A stretch of DNA of 64,000 bases, taken from positions 38,254,001 through 38,318,000 of the forward strand of contig CM022670.1 in NCBI GenBank assembly GCA_012295275.1, written 5' to 3'. The DNA is from Chrysomallon squamiferum (Eukaryota; Animalia; Mollusca). Positions 27,168 to 42,100 of the stretch are shown piece by piece. The translations under genes were made by a program, and so were the position numbers. Under the pieces are notes generated by a model, which made no database searches, was not told the DNA's origin, and worked only from the letters and a program-made list of their open reading frames with translations. The first letter of the stretch is position 1. Each line of letters begins with the position of its first letter.

Positions 27168-29477
27168 CTTTCACCTTTGGGACATTTTTATCTATGATAT
27201 GCTTCCTTAGTATGGAATGGGTGCCATATAAATATGGCATAATAATAATAATACTTTTTGGTTTATTAATCATAAGATAGTTGTGCAACAATACATCATA
27301 TTTAATATTAAAATTTAAAGATTTGTTCACAGGTAGTTTTGAAACCATTACTTTTGCAACACACACACACACACACATTCATTTTTCTCTTGTCAATATA
27401 CATTATTACTGTATGAATAAATAGCTTTAAATACATTTTGGAAACATTTCCATGTCATCAATTAGTTACAGGGGGCCAGTTTTTGCTAATAATAAATGAG
27501 GAGAAAAAAGAAAAAAAAAAAAAAAAAAAAAAGGATAATAACTCATTGAAATTCAAGGCTGTTATTTTCTTCCTTTTTTTAATGAAGTAATTTGTTAGCA
27601 GAAATGCACAACAATCCCTGATAGACTGAGGATGTGGTTATCTGGCACTGATTTATTCATCCTTTTATATTTTTTAATTATTTACAAAACAACCAGAATA
27701 ATAAAAATGTCAACATCCATGCATTAATAAAAATCCTTTATTTAACTGTTGCAAAATCAATTCATCTAAGAGCAGGACTCAAGGCATAAAGTTTCAGAGG
27801 TTATTATTAAGTACCGCTACCACACGTCAAAACATGATACAACATGGGTGACCACTGACTAATTGAGTTCACAGACAAGATATGACTGTCATTTTAACCT
27901 CAGTTTGACTTAATCATCATGAGTTCCATGTCAAAGCAACGACATCAGTATCTCATCATCATTCACTAATGTTACATGTTAAAACACCGTACAGTTTCCA
28001 AAAACCCCTGGTTAATAAACTCACAAGACAAAATACGATTATGAACTTTAACCCCAGATTTCGACCCAGTCAACACAAGGGATCCAAACTGACCAAAAAG
28101 CAAATAAGTTTTAATCTGTGGCTGACTGGCAAAAATTAATTACCTATCAGAATAGGTTTGATCTGTACGAAATGTGATAAGCAGTAACCGGTATGAGATT
28201 ATCTGCAGTTCACACGTGCCGCAAACGAGACATGACGATGACAACGTGCATGCACCTCAACCGATAAACTGGCCTTCGGAACTGGAGAAATTTCATTTTA
28301 CTTAAAAGGAAATCAGTCACCCCGACTTTGGCGCCAAAGTTGCAGACATTGTAGAAACAGGGAATTGTGTTGTTGCAGTTCAGAAATGTAGAAGATGAAA
28401 TTTCACCTGATTTTACCTTTACACAGAACAGTCTGATTTGCATTGATTTGGTGTTGCTACCCCAGCTGATAACATTAATACAAGAGTTTCTTGCTTTGAA
28501 ATCTTTTTTCTGTTTAACCACATGTATTTATATGATTTTACTACCAACACTTTCATTTATCTGTTTCTCTATCTGTTAATTTCTTTATTTATCTGTGTTA
28601 TTTGTTTATCTGTTCATCCATCTGACTATCTCTCTTCCTTCCTCTAACTATATCCATCTGCATGCCTTTCTTTCTTTCATTCTTACACTGAAAATAAATT
28701 AGTGCATTTAAGACTTACATAGAACAAAACCCTTAATTAAAGCATTCACTTTACTGAAGACTGGAGATATCAAATAAATAACATTTGAGTAATATCCAAA
28801 TGTGGATACATCATAGTTTTCATTGACTTTATAAAAACATTGATCTGAAAATAAAACATGAAATGTTTGAACATACTGAACACATTTTCAAAATGTAATA
28901 ATTTTATTATATGTTACAACCTGATTTATATTTCAAATTTTTAAGCAAAAAACAAGCAAAACAAAAACAAAAGCAAAAGCAAACAACTTTAGTTTATTAG
29001 AAAACAAAAAGAACTTTAAAGAAATTGAAAAAAAAAAAAAAAAAAAAAGATGAAAGAAAGATTTTAAAGAAATTGAAAAAGAATGTTACAGAACATTTTA
29101 CAAAGAAAATAAAAAAATAAGAGAAAATGTAATAAATTCTTAAAAGTAAAAAAAAAAAATAAAATAAAATGAAGACCAAATTGAAAAATAAGACATTGAA
29201 AAAAGAAATATGCAAAATTAATAACAGTAATAATAAATAAATAAAATAAAAACTAAACCTATATAAATAAAAAAAAAAAAAAAAACAAAAAAAAAAAGAA
29301 AAAATAAATTTAAAAAAAAAAAAAAAAAAACAAACAACACCCAAACAAATAAAATCACGTGAAAATTATCTTTAACTAGAACACTTTAATACCATGATTA
29401 AAAATATCATTACGAAATTTAAACACTTCATAAATCTTCTTTCTTTCTTTTTAATTTTTTTTTTTTTTTTTTTTTTC

Positions 29478-29830
29478 CCTGCGAAAATCGTCAACTGTTC
29501 ACATCAGCTGCCATCATTCTGAGAGCGAGTACTTAGTGGTGCGGGCCTGCTATGAAATCGCTCGTGTCGACTGCGGGGCAGTCTTGCCTGAAAATAACCG
29601 AATGAAATCGATACTCTGTCAATACCGAGAGTAAACACTGTTTTGTAATCACAACATCGAAAATATTTGAGTTTCACAGACTGCAGGCACAGTGTCGACT
29701 TTGGTAATTAAACAGCGGTTAGAAAATTCGCTTCTTAATATCGTTATTAAAGAAATCTAATACAACAATCGCTGGCATACTATAGCGCTAGAATCTGAGA
29801 AAGTATCGGCATGTAGTATGTTCGTTTAAA
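29478..29830. promoter_or_regulatory. CpG-rich island (possible alternative promoter or enhancer)
   Basis: Abrupt CpG-rich unique sequence between poly-T and AT-rich flanks; no ORF. Confidence 0.4.
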
Positions 29831-32119
29831 TTTGAATATTTATTTTATTCGATTATTTTATTTCTATTAATTATTTAAATTAAATTTATTTATTTCAATT
29901 TACAACAGAAATATAAAATTTATCAACATATAATTTTGAACGAATGAAAATAAAATTCATTATTTTTTATTTAATTCATTTTACTTTAGTTTTAAATTAA
30001 ATTTGGGCATTTGAAATAAATAAACAGTTAAATTTAAAAATAAAATAAAAAATAAAACATCAACAATCTCGACTCTTTAAAACAGAAGAACAAACAAAAT
30101 GTTATAATGCAGTTCTCTTAAATGGAAGCACAGGCTAAATTTAATAAAAAAGGAAGAAAAGTAAATTTAATTTGTGTTATTTTATTAAATTATATTTCAA
30201 CATATTTGATGAAAAAAATACCATGCAACAGAGAGATCTGGGAAAAAAACAAAAACACGGGAAGAATTTAAAAAAAAAAGAGATGAAATAAGGAAAGAAA
30301 AAAAAGAAGAAAAGATATAAAAGCTGTTTCTAAAAAAGCAAAACAAAAACTGGCATAAAGTGAAAAAGCAACAACAATAATATCCATGGTAACCATGTTA
30401 GAAATCAATTGCTGAAATTCTCAGCAATTAATATTATCAATAGGAGACAAATAACAGAAATGAGCTTTCACGTTTGTGCTCATTCACATGCAATGATAAA
30501 GGCATCATGTCTGCGTGTTGGCTATAAAGTGTCTTTCAGGCGTGTAACACACAATATCATTAGAGCAGTTTACTGCTATCAAGATGGAATGATATTAGCT
30601 GGCAAAGTGGCCATTGCCTCAGCTAGGAGTCGGCTTTCTTGCATAGGTGTCCGATTGGTGTAATTCAAAACTAGAAACCACCCTAATTTACACACGTTTG
30701 GGATAAACTTACAAATTATTTCCTTGATTTCTGTGAATGCTCATTACAGTAAACACGGTAAAAATTATTTCCTTTAAGTTTAAAAAAAAAAAGAAAAAAA
30801 TGCATTTATGAGGAACAGGTCCTAGCTCTAGAATATTATTTTTGAAATGAAACTAGTTTCGTTATAACGATTGTAAGTAAAATAATCTTTGATTACTGTA
30901 AAGAAATGTCAGTGAACATTCACTCGACCCATTCAGATAAATATTTGTACATGTACTTCATCATTTCAGAATACATGTACTGGGTTTCCCAATCAAATGT
31001 ATACACAAATCTGCTACATACAATGAGTTTAAAATGAATGCACTCAAATACTCAGTGGAATGATTCATCATGTTTTTAATTCCATCTCTCCGTGTTATCA
31101 GCAATGCCTTGGACTAAAAAGGTACACAGTAAGTCCATGAAATATTTGTAATAAATCAATGAGTTGATACATTTTACTGGGAAGTCTTGTATATCCTTCA
31201 ATAAAAACTCAGTACATTAACTGCCATTTCTGTGAAAATTTGTATGACTTAAAATATGTATATCTATGCATCAAATAATAAATACCCATTTGATAAGTAC
31301 ACATATACAGTTTATAATAGGTATATATAAAGCTGTATATATAAATATATATATGACATATATACATCTGATAACATACTCATACATGTGCCAAAGTATA
31401 CATATACATTTGGTAATAAGTATACATAACACAACTGACATTTTTAAACCTGTCAAGCATAAAAAAAGAATTAATTTCAGAAGTTATTTTAGTCTGTCAG
31501 ATTCACTGAAACTTTCTCATTGATACAATGATAATCTTTTTGATGCAGCCATGACAAAAAAGTTTCTACAGAAATCTGTGATTAGAATTTCTGACAGGAG
31601 TGATTTGACATATAATTATCAGTTTTGTTACTGTGTCACAGTTGTGAATAATGATTTTTCAAAGAGAAGTGTCCAGACTATTAAGTGACCTAGAGCCCAA
31701 CAGACCATGACCCTGTCAAAACTTTGGTTAGAATGATATAAAGGGAAACAGTAATATTAGGCCAGATTAACACCATTCACAGTTTGGTTAATATCAACTC
31801 ATGAAAGTAGGCTGAGGTTGGTTGTACTGTTAGGGTGTGAAAGACTGATTACATGAGTGTGTGTGTGTGTGTGTGTGTGTTTGAATGTGTATGTGTGCAC
31901 AAATTTGTGACCGAGATGTATGTCTGCATGTATTCTCTGTACATGAGTGTGTGTGTGTGTTAAAAATAATGTTAGAAAATGATAACTGAAAAAGAAATTT
32001 TTAAAAATTATTCTTCAGTAATGACTGATTAACAAAATCCCAGTCATTGTTCATACATTACTTATGTTGTGATATGAAACAAATTTTCTGCTATATCTTC
32101 ACTTATCAATCACAAAAAT

Positions 32120-32230
32120 GAGCTTTATATTTGCCTTCCCATAAACAGTAAAGCACATACAATGTCTTTGTGAAACAGTTTACGAGATACTGGCTGGAAT
32201 GGGATGCACAAAGCATTGGTTCTGTATCAT
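32120..32230 (+). mobile_element. Decayed fragment of the SINE-like family
   Basis: tttatatttgccttcccataaacagtaaagcacatac..gtctttg...actggctggaatggga. Confidence 0.65.
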
Positions 32231-33359
32231 TACGTTTTAGTCCAGCACTCTAACTAACGAGTACCATTTCATTAATTAAATATCGCAGTATTGAGATGTC
32301 TGTACACCTGTTTTAAATTCTAAAATAAAATAATTTAGGAGAAATCGTTTAAGTAAATAGCTATTAATATGTTTTTAATGCAAAGCTGTTATTGCTCCTG
32401 CCATGCAACTTTTCCAAAGAACAAACAGAAGAAAAAAAAAAAAAATCTGGCACTTTTACAAATTGGAAGAAATTAATTTATAACTTGTCCCAGGTGATTA
32501 CACAGCAAAAGGAAAAATTAGATGTCTTAATAAACGCAGATGGTTATGAATCGTAAAAAAAACATCACAGCATGACTCAAACTGCAGAGATAAGCAGTCA
32601 GAAAAATACACACAATCATAAATAACAAAACACGTTTTGAAATTTTTTGTTATTACAGGGTTTTTTTCACTGCTATTAACAAAGTGAATAATCTTTGCTG
32701 TAATTTGTTTCATCGTTTTATTACTTTCTAAACAACAAATTATTGCTTCTTTCAGCGTCTGTGAATGGATGCTAGACTATTTAAGAGCCAGATGCTAGCT
32801 TCTACACAACAAAGCAACATTACTGTATTGATTTTTGCAGTCTTCAAAGGGCTGAATGATTATGTCATAACGTCTATGGGTAATAATGCGAGCCACATGG
32901 TGATGTATGGTCATCTGGTATTGTCCAGATATGCATGTATTGTGATATAAATGGTTGTTGATAATAAATAAAATGAAATATTGTTCCCTCCCAAAACAAC
33001 TTTTTGTTTTTGTTTACAAATGCACTGAAACATGCAGTTAATTAACAGTGGTAATAAAGAGTTCATTAATAATAATGTTAAAGTTTTATATGTTTGTGGG
33101 GAAAAAATATAAACTGACATGTCAGACTGAGTCATAAAATGAATAAAATATTCTTTTAGCAGTTTATTTTCTTGATAAATACTATTATTATTTGTTACTG
33201 CATTTATGATTTGGCAGTGACACAGTTTAAGAGAATAAACTTGTGGTTTATTTGCACCTCTTGGATTGTAGATCTTTTATAAGCAGTTTTTCAGTGCAGA
33301 AGAAAGTGTGATCTTTGATAGATAAGGCACGAGAAGCAAACAGCTCAGTACCAGCTATT

Positions 33360-33590
33360 ATTCTGTGGTTAAATGGCATCAAACATTTGGTTATGAAATT
33401 TACAGATAATGAAGGAAGAAATTCACTGCCTCCATGGTATATTAGGGCTGGATTATTATTATTTTTTTTTTGTTGTAATTAGCAGTAAGGAAACTTATAA
33501 TGCACCTTCTCACAGACTGGAACATACTATCATTGGTTTTTTTTTTTAAACCCTTGGTGAGATGCTAACATGAATGGAAATGGCACTGAT
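33360..33590 (+). mobile_element. Decayed copy of the SINE-like family
   Basis: gtggttaaatggcatcaaacatttggtta...ttagcagtaagg...atgcaccttctcacagactgg; shares both the 5' part and the core with the 10320 copy. Confidence 0.6.
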
Positions 33591-33986
33591 GAGATGGATC
33601 TTTAAGTGTATCTGCCTGAAGCTAATGTTATACACTCAGTTAGGTCTACTTCCACTAGAGATCAAACCAAACATGCTATCATTGCAATGTTAACAAACAC
33701 GCTTTCTCCGTTTTACCTTGATTGCACGAGAGAAATTACTTCAATTTCAGTTATTGCAAGTCATAAATCCCCAACTGTTGCCATCTAACCTGAACTGAGT
33801 GTTGCTGTCTTTAATATTCATTAAAATGACACCTTTTTATTTGCAGTGGGAGCCAGTCCTGTCACCCAGTAGATTAAGTTTCACACCTGCCAACTGTGTT
33901 TTTTCTTAGGTCTTGGGGAGGGGGAAATGAGTGCTGGGATACTAAGAACTCTGTATGAGTGATCAATTGAAGTTAAAAAATAATTC

Positions 33987-33987
<1 letters not shown>

Positions 33988-34047
<60 letters not shown>

Positions 34048-34067
34048 TTACATTGATTAAAAAGAGG

Positions 34068-34107
<40 letters not shown>
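33988..34107. repeat. (ATT)n and (AG)n microsatellites
   Basis: Read directly. Confidence 0.95.
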
Positions 34108-34110
<3 letters not shown>

Positions 34111-35219
34111 AAAAATTAAAAAAAAAAAAAAAAAATGTAAAATAGAAAACAATGACAAGAAGGATAAACAGATGCTGAAAGCAGAAGCAAGGATAAAAGT
34201 TTGTGAAAGCTTTTTTATTATTTTTTTTTTAAAGAAAGTATTTTTAGCACACGTCTGATGTAAAACATCTCAATTTAGCATGACAAGCAGAAAAAAACCA
34301 CGAAGGCTGCAAAAACTAAAACAGGAATACAGCTGACAAGACTTATATATCCATCTTAAACATTCTACTCAGACAAACTTAATTATTTTATTTTAAACAT
34401 ATTTTACATTAGATGATAAAAGTTCTCTTGACATTCAAAAGAAAATATATGAGTCGGAGTACAATTTCCTTTTTTTTTGTTGTAATTTGACTACAAGAAT
34501 ACATCACTGAATATGTTATTTTTTTAAAAAAAAGAAGGAATTTCTTAAATGAATGAAGAATTAAGTAACAAGGTTATTCATACTTATAGATAAAAAATTT
34601 TTTTTTTGTCAGATAATTATTTAATTTTGATTCATTAAAAAGAGCTTATTAATTACATATTCACCAAAAAAAATGTTTAAATAGCAACAAAGGCAACAAT
34701 AATAAAAATAACAATAACACAAAATGTAAAACATATAAACATAAAAAAAGTTAACATTACTATTCTTAAAGATTCTGAGACAAAACTTTACACTTTCTTC
34801 ATTTGGCTTTGGTTTGCAGTCCAAACGTCTGAACTGAATCATTCTGCAAAACAAATATGGCCACAGGAAACGGACAAAAACCAGTGATATTTGAAATATC
34901 AGTAAAATAACAGGCTTAGTCAGCTTTCTCCATGCATGCTCTGCAATATTTCGTGTTACTGCATTCACTGTGTATTTTCTTCAGCAACAAGTCTTTAAGT
35001 GAGACCTAATTGCCTCAAATCTGCAGCTTCTGCCAGACACTCAATTGACCGGCAAAGAAATTCTTTTTGGTTGAATGAAAATCTGATCTGGTGTACAACT
35101 GGTCTACATCAACACAGAGATAAAACTTTTAAGCCATACAGTTATACAATCCCATAAAAAAAAAATCCAGGAAAATACAGAACTCATGCATGATCTGCTA
35201 TGTATAATTCTAATAAATC

Positions 35220-35335
35220 TTCCATGACTGGTTTATCAAAGGAAAGTGGTAAGTACATTCCTATCTGTGGGAGACTGCATATAAAAGATATCTTGCTGTT
35301 AGCTGGTAAGAATAACCCACCAAGTGATGAAGCAT
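35220..35335 (-). mobile_element. Decayed fragment of the SINE-like family
   Basis: Reverse complement: acagcaagatatcttttatatgcagtctcccacagatagg...cctttgataaaccagtcatgg. Confidence 0.7.
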
Positions 35336-35774
35336 ATTGTTTTCTCCGATTACCATAGGACAAAAAAAATAGAAGGTCCTTGCAACATCCCACAAATAAA
35401 CAGTAACAACTACAGTGACAATAACAAAACAACATATGCCTGAAATCTAGTGACAGTTAATATTAATACAAAATAATTAAGTTGTCATTATTCAGGGTGT
35501 TTCAAAAGTGCATCTTTAAAAATGAATTAAAAATAACAGTTTACAAGAGGAATCGAATGATAATTTGGATGCAGAGTCAGTGATTCTTGAGAATTATGGA
35601 TTAATTAAATTTGGCTCCATTGAATATACTGGAAAGTCACTGGTACACCTTATTATGGACATAACCTTTTATCAAAACATGTCAGCCACTGTTTTGCATA
35701 TTTTTGACCAACATTAAACAGCAGTTTGGGAGTAACAGAAGAACATGCAATTACAGATACATTCTTCTAACGGG

Positions 35775-36190
35775 GAAATAGCTAAACGTTATTCTTTCTA
35801 GATGTTGGAAAATTGTTTTATCTTTCTAGACTATAGCTAAACACTACTATCTATCTTTCTAGACTATAGCTAAACTGTATTATAATTCTAGACTATAGAT
35901 AAATAGTATTATCTTTCTAGACTATACATAAATTGTATTATTTTTTGAGACTGTAGATAAACTGTATGTCTTTCTAGACTATAGCTAAACTATATATCTT
36001 TCTAGACTATAGCTAAACTGTATAGCATTCTACACTATAGATAAATTGTATTATTTTTGTAGACGATAGATAAACTTTATCTTTCTAGACTATAAACCAT
36101 ATTATCTTTCCAGACTATAGATGATATCATTCTAGACCATAAAATGTATTATCTTCCAACTCCACAACTAAACTGCATTATCTTTCTAAA
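35775..36190. repeat. Minisatellite, about 28-bp unit (tatctttctagactatagctaaactg)
   Basis: ttctagactata(g) recurs about 13 times. Confidence 0.92.
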
Positions 36191-36714
36191 TTCTGTCATC
36201 AGACAAACACAATTCTTAACCCATCTTGCTATGTGTGATGAAATTAGCAGTTACTTCATGACAGCTCTGAGACAATTAAACTTGGAGCGGACCATTTCGT
36301 TTGACCTCATCTCTCACAGCACATTAAAGAAATTTTTTGACTTTTCTCAGACTAATTACTTTCTGAAATACCTACAACAGCTTCAGTGTTGTTATGACTG
36401 TCAGTTTCACTTGGAATTTTTTTTCCTTTTTTTCCCTGTTGACCAGACAAATTAAAGCGAGATAAACACATGGGACTTGGCTGTGGGGCTGTAGATTAGA
36501 AGCTGCATGCAGGCCTGAGGAATGAAAGGTCATAAGATCAGTCCTCAGCAGGCCATCCAATCTATTATTTTCCATTATGAACCAATGTTGCACGTGTTTG
36601 TCCCATGTTGTTTGTGTGTGTTATTCTGAATTTGTGAAAATGAAAACAAAATCATCCTTTGTTTTGTTGCTAAATGAAATGTTATGGTTCTATCTGCATG
36701 AAAATACAAATACA

Positions 36715-37032
36715 AGGTTCTGATGCTAAATTAATAGATCATGGTCTGTATTGTCCTGCCAGTATGAAGTTGTAAATAAACTATTCTGATGCTGAATTGA
36801 AGATTATGTTTGTATGAAGTTATAATTAAAATATTCTAACGTTACATTAAAGATTACGGTATATATTATCACATCTGTATAACGTTATAACTAAAATATT
36901 CTGATACTAAATTCAAGATTATGGTATATATTACCTTGTCTTTATGAAGTTATAAATAAAATATTCTGATGTAAAATTAATGATGATGGTATATATTATC
37001 TTGCTTGTATGAAATAGTAAAAAAATATTCTA
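36715..37032. repeat. Minisatellite, about 65-bp unit, about 5 copies (attctgatgctaaatt..gattatggtatatatt...tatgaagttataaataa)
   Basis: Unit anchors at about 36718, 36783, 36833, 36898 and 36963. Confidence 0.88.
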
Positions 37033-37113
37033 TGTTTTTGTGGGGTTTTTTCGCAGATTCAGTAAACCAGTTTCAGGAAAAAGGTCTTACACCTCTGTTT
37101 TTTTCACTCTAAA

Positions 37114-37350
37114 CATCTGATATTTTCCATTTGATCAGTTTTTCATCTCTCAGAAAAATTTAATACGTTTATGAGTCCAATTACGCTGTTAAAAGTTATT
37201 CAACACTAATAGGCTGACAAGAAGTTCAGCATCTGATATTTTATCAGTTTTTCAACTCTAAGAAAAAAGTTAAAAACATTTTAATGTTTTTTAATGAGAC
37301 AAATTATGTGTTTAAACGTTCACTCAACTCACAAGACTGACAAGAAATTG
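37114..37350. repeat. Diverged tandem duplication of about 116 bp
   Basis: catctgatatttt...atcagtttttca...ctgacaagaa occurs twice (37114-37226, 37230-37349). Confidence 0.85.
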
Positions 37351-38052
37351 ACGAGACAGTCTGGTGAGATAACCCGTATGTATTACAACTATAAAAACAG
37401 AGATTTAACTATTAATGAACTGAAACATTTTTCTTTTATTTAATAGTTTTTAAATTCTTTACACTCAAAAGAAACATTTCAGTTCCTTATGTTTCAAGTT
37501 AGATGGGGGTTTTTGATGATAAAGGTTTAATTATTTCTCTTTATCTCAGAATATTTTACTCCTTGACGTTTTCATTTGTTCTGTTTTCGTTTTTTTTTTG
37601 TTACCAATTTATTTTTTAAGTTCATACAAACTTAAGCTTGTCGGGACAAACTCATCACACAAGAAAAATGAGAAATGTAGTCAGTCTACTCTGTTTAGTT
37701 CAGATGAGGCTTTTGTTTTTATTTTTTGTTGTTTTTTTTTTGTTTCTAAATTCTTTTTTTTTTTTTTTAAGTCTTCTTGGAAAGATTTTGTTTCTTCAGA
37801 TATTGGGTTTATTTTATTTTCTCTTTGATTATAACTGTTCTTGAATTGCTATTTAACAGTACGTATTTTATGAAACATTAAAAGAAAATTTTCAAATCAA
37901 CATAACAAATTCATGTTTTGTAACACTAGAAATAACTAGATTTGATTCCATATTAATGCAGACAAAAAAAAAAAAAAAAAAAACAAACATTTGTTATGAT
38001 GTAATCTTTTAAAAACAAAACCCAAACTGCTAAAAATTAACATAGTTCATCT

Positions 38053-38091
<39 letters not shown>

Positions 38092-38904
38092 GAAAAATAT
38101 TAGAAATCGGAATTTATTGTTGCAAAAAATTGCATTTTAAAATACTTTCTCTGCAATTAAAGGATTATGAAGCAGTGATGTGATGGTTACTGAAACAAAC
38201 CCTAGAGAACCTCAATCATCGTTATTCCGTCTATTCAGACAGACAAGTATTTACATTTCTGTTTGCTAAAACTCTTGTTGTCTGAATCTTAAAATGCTTC
38301 CTCTTTTACAGACATCACTTTAAAAGCATCAATAAAATTAGGCCACTGCTTGTGATGATAATTTTGTCCTTTGGTTTATCAACTTGTTGCTGAGAGAGAG
38401 AAGCATAAAAAAAAAAGTAGAGTGCTCTTGTCTTTTCCCAACAAAGTCAGAGTCACATCTTCACCCCTTTTCAAGATTACTGCCACAAACAGAATTGATT
38501 TTTTTTCTTCAGCTCTAAGACTGTTGGGACACACATGATAAAAAAGGGTCCCTCGCTGGTGTGTTAGTAAACAAAGCTAACAAGTAAACTGTTTCAACTC
38601 TTCAACAACGTACAAGTGTCCTCCAAACTCCACACTTTTATTTGAGATAATTACAGGCTTTACAGCATCGTCTGGGAGAAACTGTTAATGTTTCTGAGTC
38701 CAACAAAACTGAATAGTAGAAATATTGTTTAACATAAATTTTTATGGAAATGAAGGATTAGGATGCTTTATGATTATGAAGTGAATTTACAAATAAAGGG
38801 CTGTGTTTGGGATAGCTGTAGACAACAACATGAATTAATAAACATTAATTAAATTTATATATTTTAATATTTTTTTTATCAAATTGATGACGTTTGTTTA
38901 ATAA

Positions 38905-39005
38905 TTGTGCAAGAAATCAAACCCCTTGTTGGCATGTTATGGTTACTCTTACGAAGAATAGCAAGCAATATGTCTTTTATATTCACATTCCCATGAACAG
39001 AAAAT
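38905..39005 (+). mobile_element. Decayed fragment of the SINE-like family
   Basis: atggttactctt...atagcaagcaatatgtcttttatattcacattcccatgaacag. Confidence 0.6.
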
Positions 39006-41079
39006 AAAATTCTCTAACTGTTACTAACAGTTCATGCACTGTGACTGTAATCATTAAAAACAGTGGTTTGGAATATTGTAGACAAATCTTGCATCTCATT
39101 AGACTAATTGTCTGACCAATGAGACAGGCTGAACAAAAGTAAAGTGCAATCTTATTTTGTTTCTCGTTTGTTTTGTTTTTTAAATACAGAATGTTGATCC
39201 TGCTACAAATAACAGATCCTGTAATCTGAACAGTTTACTTCAGTGTATTACATAAACAGTGAAAAAAGTCTTCATGACAATGAATAACGTAAAATATTTA
39301 CAAAAGTTTTGGCATTTGTTTTTCTTCCTTTAAAACGTGACAAATTCTTCCTTTGGTAAAAAATAATCTTTGATTTTCCGTTAGACATGCACTGAACCAG
39401 AGTCATGAGAAATCATTTGGGTTTTTTCTTAAACATTGTTATTCAGCTTACAGCAATATGATCATCCATTAACCACCATGCCACGTCTTCTTAAATAAAT
39501 ATATACATCCACTATATCTGTTTACTGTAGCATGTATTTGTTATTTAATTTTAGTGAAGAATATTTATTTCAGGAAAAGCTAGGATTCTGAAACTGATAC
39601 ACAACAATCAAATATTTTATTGCTTTAAATGAAAGCAGTAACAGTCAGTTTGTATCAACATGAACGAATCATGAAAACTTCTTAATTTATTTTTTTTCAC
39701 TGATTTTTGTCTTCAGCTTGCTGTCATCCATTATAAATCCTTGACAATTATCTAATTGTTAGAAAGCCTGAAGTTTAATCAGGCATCTGAAATCTCCGAT
39801 TCCAAATACTTTCTATTCGTCTCAGACAGAATTTCCCCGACATGCTCGTGCATACAAATAGAATTCAGTCATGAACATTTGTAAATTGGATCCACTTTAC
39901 TCTTATTTATTTATTTGTTTATTGAATTGAGCGAATGATGTATGAAAGATGCTTTTTTCAAAAAAAATAAAAAAATAATAAAAAACATTTTTGGTTTTTA
40001 AAATGACTTTTTTTTTGTTGTTGTTAATAAAACAGTGATTAATGAATTTAAGTGTTGAACATACAAATGATAGATTTACTTCTTCAGGTCCATGAAAATG
40101 TGTATATGTATTTCTTGTCATCATAAAATCTTATGTAGTCTTTCTTGTCAGTTTGAAAATGAACGCGATTCCTCATTATTGATTGATAAAAAAAAAAAAA
40201 AAAAAAACACCCAATTGTCAGTTTCTTCTCTCATATCATTGCTACATACAAAAACCATTTGACTGACAAATTCACAAATTAATATTAAAACATTTATTAG
40301 ACAGAGAGAGAGAAACAGCTCTACACTTTAAAAGGTTTTGTGAATCATAATCTAATTCAAATTGGGTTTGGGTAATTTTTACTTTATATTATCATATCAC
40401 TGCTCTGACTTAACCTGACATGCATGAAAAGTTAATACTGTCTGTGTTTGTTATCTTTAACCTTTAATTAATATTTCCGAGTATACTCATCATCGTTACA
40501 TCTCTTAACGAATTGATGAGCTGCAGACGCCAAAAATCTGGGCGTGTCCTTTTCTAGAAACTCATGATTAACTTCTTGTTAGAAAGAAAACCTTTTTTTT
40601 TTTTTTTTTTTTTTTTCTTCCCATCAGTTATTTAATCTGGCATCAATTGATCATTTGATCAATTCACTGATAATTGCTATTGTCTGCAGTGATCCCAAAA
40701 TACTCACTCTGTACTGGATGTGCACTCGACTTTTGCTTGGTCTGTAATTTGCCACATAAAAACACAGATTTGCACTTGTCTCTCCTTGGCCAGCTCAATG
40801 ACATGCTCACCACCGACATCCCAGCTTTCCTAGATGAGCATCATTATTTATTTATTTCTTGTTATCCTGATAAAATGAATCGATGATTTAAAAACATCTC
40901 TATGCATTTTAGCACACAAGCACAAATTTTAAATGATATAAGTCTTTCTTATGATATGCCAGAGAAAGAGTAAAGCTTACAACAGCTACTTTTTAAGGGC
41001 TGCTTGTAATAACTGGCAATTAGGAATTGTTTTTTAATATTTTATTTATTGATGTATATGTAAATATATGTGTGTTTGT

Positions 41080-41127
<48 letters not shown>

Positions 41128-41864
41128 GTGTATATATTAATGTATGTATGTGTGTGTATGTATGTATGTATGTATGTATGTATGTGTGTATGTATATATA
41201 TATATATCTATATCTATCTGTCTATATATACATGTACACACACACACACACATACACATCAAGTTTTCAAATCAACACATATGACAGGGATATGATTATT
41301 ATAATCAAACAGTCAGGACAGCACATCCCAAATACTTTATAAAAAAAATGAATAAAAAGAAACAAAAAAATCATGGAGCACCAGCTGAAATGATAAAACC
41401 ATGATCTCTTTCAGGAAGACTGATCCTGTGACTGATTACATCTCTGCCTCATGTTGTAACCATTTCCCCAACATCAGCTTTGGATGTGAAACACAGTCTT
41501 AGTATGAGTGTATGAAAGCTCTGATCATGCATTGCAAGTTGCTCTTAACATCAATACTGGCACTTCATAATGGAAACAGCATCAGTGGTGATCACTGAGA
41601 TTGATGCAGTGTGGTGCAAAGGTCTCGTAGATCTGACAAATCCTGTGACATGTCGAATAACAAATTGGATCAACTGACCAGTTTGTCTGCGGTTATGGGC
41701 TTCCTGCATGTTAAAACGGTGGCAATGCGAGGAAGGACGGAAGCCCAGATTGCACAGATTAATGTCTAGATACAAATGAAAACAATAAACTTGAAAAGTT
41801 TGTTTAGTTAAATAATAACTAAGCTTTAATGACATAGTACACTAGTACTCAGTTCCTTTCAGAG

Positions 41865-42100
41865 ACATATCAGTTGTAGACACATCAATGTTCAGTTTTG
41901 AATATACATCAACTTTTAAATATCAACACTCAGCTTTTGACACATCAACATTCAATATTAATCAATTATCAACAATCAGCTTTAGACAAGGCATTAAATT
42001 TTAAATAATTATCAACAATAGGTTTCATAACATCAACATTACATTTTAAAGACACATCAGCATCAATATCCAGGATGTTTGTTTTTTTCAGATACATCAA
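41865..42100. repeat. Degenerate repeat with acatcaa(c/t) units
   Basis: acatcaa recurs about 8 times with tcag(c/t)ttt spacers. Confidence 0.65.

Noticed and set aside
35492-35652. CAGGGTGTTTCAAAA resembling a Tc1/mariner TIR start
   Set aside because: No convincing matching inverted terminus or TA duplication found.
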